A stretch of DNA of 64,000 nucleotides. Origin: Hormiphora californensis. Lineage: Eukaryota > Animalia > Ctenophora. Both the position numbers and the translations under genes were made by a program. The stretch's first letter is position 1; every line of letters starts with the position of its first letter. The notes under the pieces are model-generated. The model was not told the origin of the DNA. It made no database searches and worked only from the letters and a program-made list of their open reading frames with translations. Below, in pieces: positions 1-12,422 of this stretch. The stretch spans positions 4,960,001-5,024,000 of the forward strand of contig CM035358.1 in NCBI GenBank assembly GCA_020137815.1, in the 5' to 3' direction.

Positions 1-953
<953 letters not shown>

Positions 954-1236
954 TTAATCGTTCACCGCTTGGTTAGGGGCAGTGTGCAGCTTTCAGCCGC
1001 GCTAGCCCCTCTTCGGACGGGGCAAGGGCCAAAGCCCCTGACAGGGAGTGGGGGTGAACCCCCTATATAAAATGGCCAAGGGGGTCCAGTGTCCACACTC
1101 CAGTCTCCACTGTCCAGGGGGGGAAAAAGGGGGAAAACTGAAATTGGCAAACGTTGCTGGCCCGGGATAAAGCAGCGCTTTTCAAAAACTGAAAAAGCGA
1201 AGATAAAAATTAAAAAAAAGGTGCGGTGCAAGTTAA

Positions 1237-1600
1237 AGTGCGTTTCAAACGACTTGACCTGGGGGGGGGGTGACACGTAACACTTTGTAACACTTTGTAA
1301 CATGTGCAGAAAACTTTTTGTGCACGTTACATGTTACAAAGTGTTACATAGTGTTACAAAGTGTTACATAGTGTTACAAAGTGTTACAAAGTGTTACATA
1401 GTGTTACAAAGTGTTACATAGTGTTACATAGTGTTACAAAGTGTTACAAAGTGTTACAAAGTGTTACATAGTGTTACATAGTGTTACAAAGTGTTACAAA
1501 GTGACCTGAGATTCCTGGAAATTCAGGATTTCCCCTTTGTAAATACACGCGCAATGCGCCAAATTCCAAGAATTACGGGTCAAGTCGCTTGAAACGGACT
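1237..1600. mobile_element. Non-autonomous TIR element with TTAA target duplication (Kolobok-like) carrying a 10-bp minisatellite
   Basis: ttaa|agtgcgtttcaaacgacttgacc ... ggtcaagtcgcttgaaacggact|ttaa; internal (gttacaaagt/gttacatagt)n at ~1326-1503 with inverted copies at 1277-1303. Confidence 0.75.
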
Positions 1601-1933
1601 TTAAGTGATTTATTATTCACGCGCGCGAATTTTCTTTCACACGCGCGGCACATATAAATGCGTAGCAAGTAAATTATCTTGGCGCCCTCCGTGTCAGTCA
1701 TCGTTGGGGTTAATTACATCAACGGTATACCCTCTTTTAAGAAAACAAACAACGGTTTATGTACTGTGCATTTAAATACGTTGGTGGGTCTATAAGTTTA
1801 TAAACATAAATAACGTCCGAGCATTGCACAAGGCAGCAGACAATGCTCAACTTCTGAAAAAGTTAAAATTCACGGACAAAATGTCCTTATCATCACAGAT
1901 CTCAGATATAAATATATCTTCGTGTTAAAGTCC

Positions 1934-4900
1934 TCAATACCTCCGCTCCCTGGAGTTGCTTCTCCTACGACCCCTAGATCCCTGCCGGTCACGTGACCGG
2001 GACCGCCGGGACCTATCCCGGGATCTTGATCGGCGTCGAGTTTTTGATCTGGAGGTGGACCTGAGAACAGAGAGTATTTGAGTCAAACTGTTGTAGCCTG
2101 AAATATCATTCAATGCATCAGTTTTTTTAAAGACTACTAAGTCTTGTCAAGATTGAAAATGGTTCAACGTGCCCCGGCCCGGTTCGGTTTGGTTCTTACC
2201 TGGAGCGTCGGCTGAATTTCTTCTTTCTATCACGTGACCTGCTCCTCTTACTTCGGTCACGTGACCTACTCCTCTTACTCCTGTCACGTGACCTACTCCT
2301 CTTACTGCGGTCCCGGGAGCGTCTCCGGGATGATTTTTCCCGGGGCGAACCACGGGAACTGCTCTTTGGTGGGGAGGGCTTTTTGTCTGAAACAAGTTAC
2401 TGGTTACAATTAGGAGAGATTGTAAACAGAGATCGAGGAATACCCCAATCGTTCGTAAAGTACTTATATTGGAATACTTAGTACAGAGATTAGTTCAACT
2501 TATTAGAACAAAAACTGATTAAAAGTATCAGGAGCATCGTTTACCTTCAATTACTGCACTAGCAATTAACGCCTGGGCATCAGCAAGTCTTTTCTTAATC
2601 AGATCTTGTTCCCTCTCCTGCTCACTCCTTTTCGTTGGTGGCTTCCTAAAGATATAATTTGGGGCTGGGGATTCATTCAGGTATTGATACCAAAACTCCC
2701 CAAAACTGTCTAAACCCCACCGAATTCCCCCGTACTTGATCCCTAGTAAAATACTCACTCTAGCCAGTGGCGAGCATGGACCACCCTGATTCTTCGATTA
2801 CAAAAGTCAGCCCCATCGTATTGCACTGCCACCATAACGGAGGCAAGGTCGATAAACTCGATAAATGCAAACCTAGAGAAATGAAAGGAGAGTTAGGAAG
2901 AGTTTAAGATTTCTATTCCCACTCCAACAAAATATGTTGGTAATGTTAGTATGGCTCACTTGTATGCAATAAAAGGGGTGACTTTGTAACCAACAAAATA
3001 TGCAAGCACGATAAGAATTGTTTTGTCCAAACAAGGCAAGATAAGAAGTGTCAGAGCATTGGCCTGCCCCTATTCTCATTCCTTCAAATAAGGCGCAGAG
3101 CGAGTGAGAACCGCGGTCAGAGCATTGGTCTGACAGGGTAAGAACCCTGACTGGACAATAAGATCATTGCTCACCGTTTATCCTCCATCCAATCCCCTCC
3201 GATCCGCAGAAAGCGGATATCCCCACAAAACTGAAAGTAGTTCAGGATGTGTTCCGCAGTTAGAGACGGGTGAAGGTTGTCGATAAACACTGTCCTCCTC
3301 ACCTCTCTATTCCGGCTTTCTCCGTAGTCTGGTGAGGGAGATTTATATGTTGAGCTATCTAACTGCTTTAAAGTGCGACGCGGCTGACAACCCACGTATA
3401 TTTTAGTTGTTGTCAGGATCTTTCAAGTTTCAGTACTAATTTCAGTACTAATTATGTAATTACTTAGGTTGGTGAATGGTGATAAGAACAAAAGGTGGGC
3501 GATTCAAGAAATAAGGTACTGTAATAATATAATAGTAAATGGCATTCTTGTACAAAAAGGGGTCGAACCTCGATATATTGCGGGAGGCAACACTGAGGTT
3601 TCATACAATAATGTCCTGGATTACTGACCTTCTTGTAACTTCTTTGGTGGCAGTGGAAGAGGGATACCAGAGGCAGATATAAACCGCACGTTCTCGGTCC
3701 CTTTTGGGGTCGTATCACACAGTTCCTTCATCTGGTTTAGACCAGTTACTAGAATATTCTGAAGGGGGGTAATTAATTAACTAATTAATTAATCCCACTT
3801 TTGGACCACATGAATTCCTCTCTAATGACCTTCATAAAGTAATCTGAAGTAGATCCTATGCCTTCTTCAGAATCTCTAGCGCGGGACGAACAGTTAAATT
3901 CTTATCCTACAAAATGGACACCCCCTCTCACTCTCTGTTACCTGTTGCGGCCTTGTTCCTAACATTGGGTTAGCAATATGTGACGGGATGGTTGGGGCAA
4001 TCGTAGACACCAGCTGTTTTATAGTTCCATCCTCTCCAATCTCCTTGCCCAACTTGTTCGAACTCATCGCGGCGGCCAACTGTAGCGCTTCGAATTCTGA
4101 GGGTATCGTGTCTAAAGGGTCAGAAGTGGATTAGATATACTGAGATAAGATATAGGGGGCTGTTGAGGGTATCGTGTCTAAAGGGTCAGAAGTGGATATA
4201 AGATAGTTATCTATCGATAGGGGACTGTGGATTAGTTCTTCAGTCAAGAGTATGTGTTGGTTGTGGTCTAGATGTGCCAGGGAATACAGTTTGTGAATGT
4301 GCGATGAAGGTTCGGATTTTCTAACTATCTGTCTGTTTGTTTGTCTGTTAGTTGGTTAGTTTGTTTGTCTGTTTGTTTGTTTGTTAGTAGGTAAGTTAGT
4401 TGATAGAAGTAGGTATTCCAGATATATCGCTCGTCTCCTGCAGCAGAAATAATAATGAACGGTAGAGAGATGAAAAGGGAGAGGGATGAGACAAATTGGA
4501 AGTCACTAAAAAAAGCTCCATTCTTGAGTTAAAATAAAACTCCTAAAACTGAAAATGGATAAGATATTTGTAAGAAAAAGAAGATGGTTCGTGACTGTTC
4601 ACTGCACTTACATGTAGGTACGACGACAACAGGTTTATCAATGAACACGGTGCTGGTGAGATGTTGAGCGATTGAGACTGCCTCCTGTTCCACATACTCC
4701 ACAAATGCAACAAGGACACCAAACTTTCCACGATTCCTGGGGGTGGGGGTTATGTTAGGGAACCCTCTACAAATGCTACCAGGACAATGGGTTAATAGTT
4801 TGTCTTACTTGTCTTTGGGGAAGATTTCAACATGGTTCACTGGTCCAATCTGCTCAAAAAGCTCTCTTATCTGCTCGTTTGTGGCTTTGATACTGAAATT

Positions 4901-5431
4901 AGTGAAAGATGAATTAATTTACTTTAAAGAGGGGAGATGGGATAAGACGAGGAATATAAATACAGTCGGACCCCGATTTAGTGGCCCCCGATTTAGTGGC
5001 AGGATTTTTTCCCCCGATATAGGAAATTAATATTATTTGACCTCGATTAAGTGTCTGACCCCTCTCGCCCACAACCTGCTATTCCTCACACAGTCTCACG
5101 CGACTCAACAGTCGAGTCAACAGACCCAAAGATCAAAAGAGATCGGGGAGGTAAAGATCAGGATGATTTACCTCACATTGGTGACCTGCAAGAACCGAGG
5201 AATCTTGTTGTTTTCATCAACTTTAGTAAAACTCGATTCTACCACCTCTTCCTCCTCTTCTTCCCCACTCTTCTCACCCTCACTACTACTAGACCCATCA
5301 TCTCCCTCATCTCGGACGGCATCATCCTTCCTATCCTCGGCAGATTCCAGCTCCATGGTTGTGGCGTCATGGTTACCATGGTTACCGGCCCCGTTGTTAT
5401 CCTGGGGAGGGAGATCCAAGACCTGTGCCAT
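1934..5431 (-). CDS. SREK1: SR-related splicing factor with two RRMs and an RS domain (SREK1/SRSF11 family)
   Basis: About 10 exons (5431-5172, 4892-4809, ~4737-4612, 4111-~3942, ~3758-3629, ~3358-3175, ~2872-2758, ~2646-2545, ~2386-2200, ~2060-1934). Translation includes LQVTNVSIKATNEQIRELFEQIG, VAFVEY..AQHLTSTVFIDKPVVVVP, EVRRTVFIDNL..YFQFCGDIRFLRI, FAFIEF, and RSRSRD repeats; TGA at 1934. SRSF11 cannot be excluded. Confidence 0.85.
3049..3135. repeat. Short dispersed repeat (tgtcagagcattggcctg family)
   Basis: Reverse-complement copy at ~33673-33738 and a partial copy at ~40226-40250. Confidence 0.6.
4961..5060. mobile_element. Tc1/mariner-pogo-like MITE fragment (ta|cagtcggaccccgattt...)
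   Basis: The same terminus occurs at 10703, 31741 and 45868; the 45868 copy ends ...ggggtccgacttta. TA followed by CAGT termini. Confidence 0.6.
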
Positions 5432-5760
5432 GATCGAGGTCCTGGCTAATTAGAGCGAGAGGGGGAAGTAGTGTTGTTAGATTTTGGGAGAGAGAGAGGA
5501 TCATGGGAGGTCCTTGCTTAGAAGGAGAAATGGGGATCTGGGGTTGTTAGATTAGAACGAGAAAGGGGAGTACAGTTGTTAGATTTTGGGATGATTTATT
5601 TGGGGACAGGTACTGGGGGAAGAAAGATAATAAAGATGGGAAAAACTAAAATTGAAACCATTTTATTTATTTCAACGGCATGATATAAAAACATGAACAC
5701 AATCATGGTACACACTAATGAGACAAACAACCAAGTTAAATTAACATTAAATTATGAGGG

Positions 5761-8700
5761 TCACGTAAATTCCTTCCTATAAAACTCCTCGGCCCCTTCT
5801 GCAACCACTTGATCATCCTGTGTTTTTATTTCTGCCCGAATCGTCCTCTCAAGATAACATCTCCCCCGGGGCCTGTTACCCATCCTGTTAGTGTTGGGAG
5901 AAATTATATATCTGTTAACTTACCATACAACACTGCTTACTAAATATACTATTTTAGATATTTTGATCCTACACACTACTGTAGTGTAACAGTATGGGGT
6001 ACACTACATAACAGTATGGGGCACAAATGCCATCCCCCGGCCAGACTGTCATGGGTCCAGTCTCCAGATAATAGTAATAGTAGTAATAAACATACGCAGT
6101 GTAAGCCCGTGCAAGGAGGTACAAGTTCCTATTCCATTTTCCAGGTGCTGCCCTCTCTGCCCTCTCACAGTACTCTACCACTTCTTCATAGGTAGAATGT
6201 GGTACTCCCCCAAACAGGGTGTTCACTATCTTCTTCTGGTACCTGGAGATATGATAGATAGGAGAGATATGATAGAGTGCTCAGATAGAGGGATCAGACG
6301 ATGCTTGGTTTGAGAATACATGAACTTCGAAGAAAGAGGGACGGTAATAGAAAGTCATAAAAACGCCACACTTACCAAGCCATCTCTTTCAGTTCGATAG
6401 CCCACTGTCCCAGGAGAGTAAGGGCAGTAGCATCATCTGGGTTTAGTTCTACGGCCCGTAACAGGTGCCCCTTCATAATGGGCAAGTTATTTAGTTGGGC
6501 CCTGATACCCTGGTGGCACAAGGAGGATTAGGAAAAGATAAATTGATTGATATATTCTACAACATTATTGGATCGGAGTTTTGATAGTGCGGTGATATCT
6601 CGGGGAGGCTTGGCCTTGGATTTATAAACAGAGAAAGAGTTCAATCATGCACATGGGATCTAACGAGTGGGATCTACCAAACCGTCATAGCCACACAATA
6701 ATGAGTGTGAAATCCCCTACCTTTGCCTGAGCGAACCCATTTGAGAGAATGGCCATCCAGCGATGAGCGTCTGAGTTATTCTCATCGACTTCTAGTGCTT
6801 GTTCTGCCAGAGTGAATGCTATCGAGACGGCCGTGTATTTGCTTTGTCCGTTTAGTTTACCAATCTTCACCAGTTCCCATTGGCACCTGAAGGGTAAGAA
6901 CGAGATGGAGATGGATGGCCGTTTTGAAAAAAAGGGCTGACCACTGTATACATTTGTTGTTATTGGTCTGTGATACTGTGACCTACTCCACCGGTCATTA
7001 CCTTGCCTTCCTCCAGAGGATTTCAGCACTTCTCACATTATCGTATTTGCTGAGGGCTGTTTCCAGTAGCTCAAATTCCTGGAAAATAGGGGAAGATTTG
7101 GGGGTAATCAGTATGCCTCTAACACCAAGTGTTACAAACTCTAAAATATCAGATGATTGATGTCTTGCCCCTAACCCCCGCCCGGCCCCCTTACTGCTCA
7201 CGGCGTGCCTGGTGAAACTTTAACACGACCTAGCATGCTACGGGAAACCACCACTTGTACGTGGTAGCTGAGGGTCTACAGAATGGCGCTACGGTGCGGG
7301 AAAAAACATTCCATTGCCTAAAATCCTTTTTTTTACTTTTATTTGATTTGGGTCAAAATTGGCTATATTAAACGTGGTCCCGAAAAATCCATAATGACTT
7401 AGCACACGAAATATGTCACTCCCACCTATTTTTGCACGTAGAATCGATTGCCGTTGAAGTCGAATCTCTAAAATGACTGTAAAATGGTCAAAAGTTGATT
7501 TTTTACCATTTTTTGGAGGTTTTTGGCCCCTAAACCATTGAAAACGTTGAGATAGGAATTTGAAACTAGTGCCAATCGTTAAAATGGTCATTTTTCTACC
7601 AAGAACCAAGTTTTCGTGTATATCCGATTTATGGTTAGATTTGGGCAAATTGTTGAAATCTGCCAACTAGGAGAACCGTAACTTGATTTTCTTGTTTTTT
7701 GGATTTTGGCATTTTTGACAAACTTCTGATTGAAATGGTCAATCGGGACCATGCTTAAGTTGTTTATAGGACAATTTTCGACTAAAATCCAAGATTTCAT
7801 ACCAATCCAATAACAGATCGTTGATTTATAGAAAATTTAAGTAGGCAAAACGGTCAAAATGACAACTTTTCTTGCTTATTTTGACCGTTTTGCCTACTTA
7901 AATTTTCTATAAATCAACGATCTGTTATTGGATTGGTATGAAATCTTGGATTTCAGTCGAAAATTGTCCCATAAACAACTTAAGCATGGTCCCGATTGAC
8001 CATTTCAATCAGAAGTTTGTCAAAAATGCCAAAATCCAAAAAACAAGAAAATCAAGTTACTGTTCTCCTAGTTGGCAGATTTCAACAATTTGCCCAAATC
8101 TAACCATAAATCGGATATACACGAAAACTTGGTTCTTGGTAGAAAAATGACCATTTTAACGATTGGCACTAGTTTCAAATTCCTATCTCAACGTTTTCAA
8201 TGGTTTAGGGGCCAAAAACCTCCAAAAAATGGTAAAAAATCAACTTTTGACCATTTTACAGTCATTTTAGAGATTCGACTTCAACGGCAATCGATTCTAC
8301 GTGCAAAAATAGGTGGGGGTGACATATTTCGTGTGCTAAGTCATTATGGATTTTTCGGGACCACGTTTAATATAGCCAATTTTGACCCAAATCAAATAAA
8401 AGTAAAAAAAAGGATTTTAGGCAATGGAATGTTTTTTCCCGCACCGTAGCGCCATTCTGTAGACCCTCAGCTACCACGTACAAGTGGTGGTTTCCCGTAG
8501 CATGCTAGGTCGTGTTAAAGTTTCACCAGGCACGCCGTGTGCTACAAATTACTCACCATATTCCTCTTACTAACAGACTATACTAACAGACTCACCATAT
8601 CATCATATATTTTATCAAGTGCTGCTAATTCCTCAGCGGGTGGATCCCCTCCTGACGGTACTAAACTCTCAGCCGGTATCACCTCCTCCTCTGCAGTATT

Positions 8701-9164
8701 TGCCGCCACTACCTCATCTTCAGTTGTTAGAAAACTCTCTGTATTTCCTAACTCCTCTGAATCTGACTGGGTCTTCTCTTCTGGTGATACAGATGCTGCT
8801 AGTAAGAGAGCAGTACCGGCAAATAACGCGAGTTGGTTGTTGTTACGGTGATGGTAACCATGGTAACCGGAGTTTCGTGTGTTGCTATGGTAACTAGGGT
8901 TCTGTGTGTTGCTAAGGCAGCGTTGTTCCACTGCTCCATTGTTGCATGGTGACCTCCATACTATCACTGCTGCCCTGCGACAAAGAGTGTGAGTTGCGAA
9001 GCTGCCAGGAGGGCCCTTAGAGGGGGGGGGGGGTAAAGGGATCTAAAAGTCACTTTCGGGGTTCAGAAGTTAGAAAATTGTGAAAAGAAAGAAACACAAA
9101 CAGACATAACTTCCTACCTCGTGCAGATTCTCTTCCCCGTGACAGCTACCACTCTCTGCATCAT
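5761..9164 (-). CDS. RMDN1: Regulator of microtubule dynamics (RMDN/FAM82) TPR-like protein
   Basis: Exons ~9164-9118, ~8974-8596, 7078-7001, ~6885-6721, ~6510-6376, ~6242-6093, ~5885-5761. Motifs EILWRKAR, AEQALEVDENNSDAHRWMAI, HLLRAVELNPDDATALTLLGQW, WYQKKIVNTLFGGVPHSTYEE, NLYLLARAY. Basic N-terminus resembles a mitochondrial targeting peptide. Confidence 0.9.
7199..8539. mobile_element. 1.34-kb near-perfect palindromic (foldback) element; CAC...GTG termini and 4-bp TSD (Chapaev/CMC-like)
   Basis: Arms 7199-7860 and 7878-8539 are reverse complements with a few mismatches around a 17-nt loop; tgct flanks both ends; mirror ORFs 7289-7666(-) and 8072-8449(+). Lies in RMDN intron 2. Confidence 0.9.
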
Positions 9165-10508
9165 TCAGCCATGTTTCTAGCTATGAGAGGAACATATGGG
9201 ATGTTATAGTTTTATATAGACGCACCTAGGGGAAGAGCTGGATAGGGGGAATAGGGCCTTAGACAGGAGTGAGATTGGCGTTGGGGGAGGGGGGGGGGTT
9301 CGCGACGGTATAGACGGGGGCTAAAAAGATGATGATATGAAATATGCGTGTTGCCATTATTCCTTATTAGGTGAGACCTGCTGTAATAATGTTCTCCCCC
9401 TTATTCCTTCTCATAGTGTGCCCAGCTTTGCTCTCTGTGTTTGTGTGTGTTCAACTCATCTCTCTCTCTCACTCTGAAACTGGATACCCTTTCCTTTTTG
9501 TGTGCCACATGAATTTCATTTGCTGTCCCCTCAACTCTCTCTTTTCGAGATTCTACTTTCTAGAACGAATCTCTGCTTTGTTTTTAGAGAACATAATATT
9601 ACTGCATTTTAGGCTGAAACAATAGCAACTCCCTAGCCAATAAATAGTAAATATTCGGCATTTTGCTTTTGTGAGGGAAAGTTGAGGATCTACACACACT
9701 GTGTGTAGATCCTCAATGCTCTGACAGCACACACTGTGTGTGTGACACACACTAACCACACTTTTTGGGTTTTGTTTCATTTCCCGGCATATTGCTTTGA
9801 ACAAATTGAAGACCTGTGTCATTAGCCAGTAGCCTCATTTTGCTTTGAGAGAGCGGTCAGAAGGATTTACATACAATGTGCATATCATATGTGTGTGTAC
9901 TGTGTACACTATAATTGTGGAATCATGACGTGCTTGCTTTTGCTGTAAGAGTGCACGATTTGTACAATCGTGTATAGGTACACTCATTACACGAGGCCAT
10001 AATACCAATGTATGTACATTGTACAGTATAGACATGGATCTAATTCACACTCATGAGGGCTGCACCCCTTTGTGTGTGCCTTCTTTTCTGTTTTGTACTT
10101 CCTCTTGACATGTGTATAGCAGCAGTCCTACTCTTGTAGTATCTCATTTTGCAAAACACTACAAAACATACTTGTTGAGTCCATTCCTTAATCAACTTCT
10201 TATAACAACATCAGCAACACACTTGTCGTTCCTTTTGTTGAAACTGATCCCTTTCTTCAAAGTTCAGGGTATAAGGGATGTTATAATCCTTTGATATAGA
10301 TTTTCTAGCGTGTTTCCAGTTCTAATCTTCGTGACAGTCGATTGAGCTGTTATCAGTTTAGAGATCTCATCTCGTGATTTTGTATCTCACTTTTCTTTTG
10401 GTTGTTTGGTAAGTTCCGTTTATTGGCACCTCCAAAACTACCATCTCATTGTTGCCTAAGTTAATTACAATATCGGTTCCTTTAGAAACATGACAATCAC
10501 ATGACACC

Positions 10509-11248
10509 ATGGACTCCCCTACTCCACCACCACGACACCATCGCAGCCCACGAGGGTCTGCGGCTCCAGAACCTTTAGATACTGATCAGTTTGAAGATGT
10601 AGCCCTGAGTAGTGAACACTTGGATTATGATGACCAGCCGGTCATGCCGCCCTCGTATGAGGAGGCGATAAGTCGAAAGGATCCTAAAGGTAAGATATGT
10701 TCGTACAGTCAGACCCCGATTTACCGTGATGCTCGGGGTCAAATACCGTTTTCTGGAGCTCCTCAGACACCCTATTCGTTACAATTAAACTATTTTCAAA
10801 TCCCTCCAAAATCGAACACCCCTTCATTTCAGCAAGACCTCCTAAACCTGCCCCACCGTATTGCGGTATTGATGCTGGTCCGGCCCGTCCCCGATCCTAC
10901 CCTCCACAACCCCAACCAACCAATCCAGTTGTAGTCTACCAGGCTGCTCAACCACCTCCAACATCTTTAATGGCCGGACAATGCGCTAAATTTGAAGAAT
11001 GGCTCGCCTCAAAGAACGGATTTCGAATTAATCTCGTGGTTATGATAATGTCGATAATCCTGACTATTATTGCCATCTCCCTCGGACTGACTGTTTTTAT
11101 TTTACTGTTTGTAATGACAGGGTTTGTCTCCCTGTTGCTGCTCATATGGTGTTTGGTGCTCAGAGGACAGAGACGGGGTCGTGCGGGGAGGCATGAGGTT
11201 GCAGTGAGACAGAGTGACGTCATAGGCACAACAGGTGGGAATGTGTGA
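10509..11248 (+). CDS. Small proline-rich PPxY protein with a C-terminal double hydrophobic segment (~199 aa)
   Basis: Exon 10509-10689 (MDSPTPPPR..MPPSYEEAI..DPK, then gtaaga) splices to 10833 (tttcag) in frame into ORF 10970-11248 with a ~45-aa hydrophobic stretch. A probable 5'-UTR intron lies at 10409-10485. Confidence 0.75.
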
Positions 11249-12074
11249 GAGGATTCGGGGAATTATATAACTTGAATCATATCTTGTTGTTGAGATGAAA
11301 CATTGTAACTCACGTATCGCGAGTGGAATACAGTGCATCAATCATCAATGGACTTGGCACACGGAGATGAGTGCTTGTTGGGTGGTGAAGGGCGAAGGGA
11401 GGAAGGAATGGCAGATACGACTGAGATTAGGGATAAGGGGGGGGGGTAGCCTCCCGTGGAGGGGAGGAAAGAGTGTTTGTAAACTACAGATGTTTTAATT
11501 TTTGTTTAGATGAAAAACAGTAAAACATTCAGTTCTTTCTGCTTCCAATCCACACACACACAAACATTTCTCTTTCTCTAAAAATCAGACCGAAAAAGAT
11601 GCCCTCAGCAGCTATCGCTCTCAATTTTCGTCTTCGACCGACAATGCGAAGGTAACATATATTATGTAGTTGAAAATTCCAAACATCACAAACACATGTG
11701 GATCCTTGCTACCCAACAAATGGATCCCTCCTTGGTAGGGTTTCCAATCCATGTACTGTCCAGCGTGCGAAAGACCTGCTCATGAAAGAAAGGGTCGAGG
11801 CCCACGCCAGACAATGCATGTACATATTGAATCCCCCTAGTCCTCAATTTCAATTCATCTGAATTCAGCAATACACGGAGCACGTCTAAATATAACAAAA
11901 AGAACGCTCAATAGTTGTAAAAGATAGCTAAGGTTTTACAAAAAGTTCGATATTATATACCCACTGGCATCATTGAGAAACTTAGAAATTTGAAGAAGCA
12001 CTAAGCAGTGTGCTTAATTTTCACCCCTAGTGTAAATCAAGAAGGAAGTTTTTTTTTTGTTATTTCACACATCA

Positions 12075-12110
12075 ACAAACAAACAAACAAACCAACAAAC
12101 AAACAAACCA

Positions 12111-12168
<58 letters not shown>

Positions 12169-12170
12169 TA
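12075..12170. repeat. (AAAC)n/(AGAC)n microsatellite
   Basis: Directly visible tetranucleotide repeats. Confidence 0.9.
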
Positions 12171-12422
12171 ACACACAAAAAAACGGGGATATATTGCTGT
12201 CGAATATACACACAAGCCGCGTAATACTATGTACAGTTGCACTCACACACCTATAGTCACACACGCACACACTCACTCTTCTCAATCTCTATCAATCACG
12301 TACAAACCAAAAAAAGAAGCTGCATGATACTAAACGAAAATTATCAGCACCCCATATTATATATGTTACCATGACAGATTGGTTACCATGGTTACCAGTT
12401 AATTGTTGCCATGGTGACGACA

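Noticed and set aside
7289-8449. Duplicated 125-aa and 70-aa ORFs on opposite strands
   Set aside because: Mirror translations of the palindrome arms with no recognisable transposase or other motifs.
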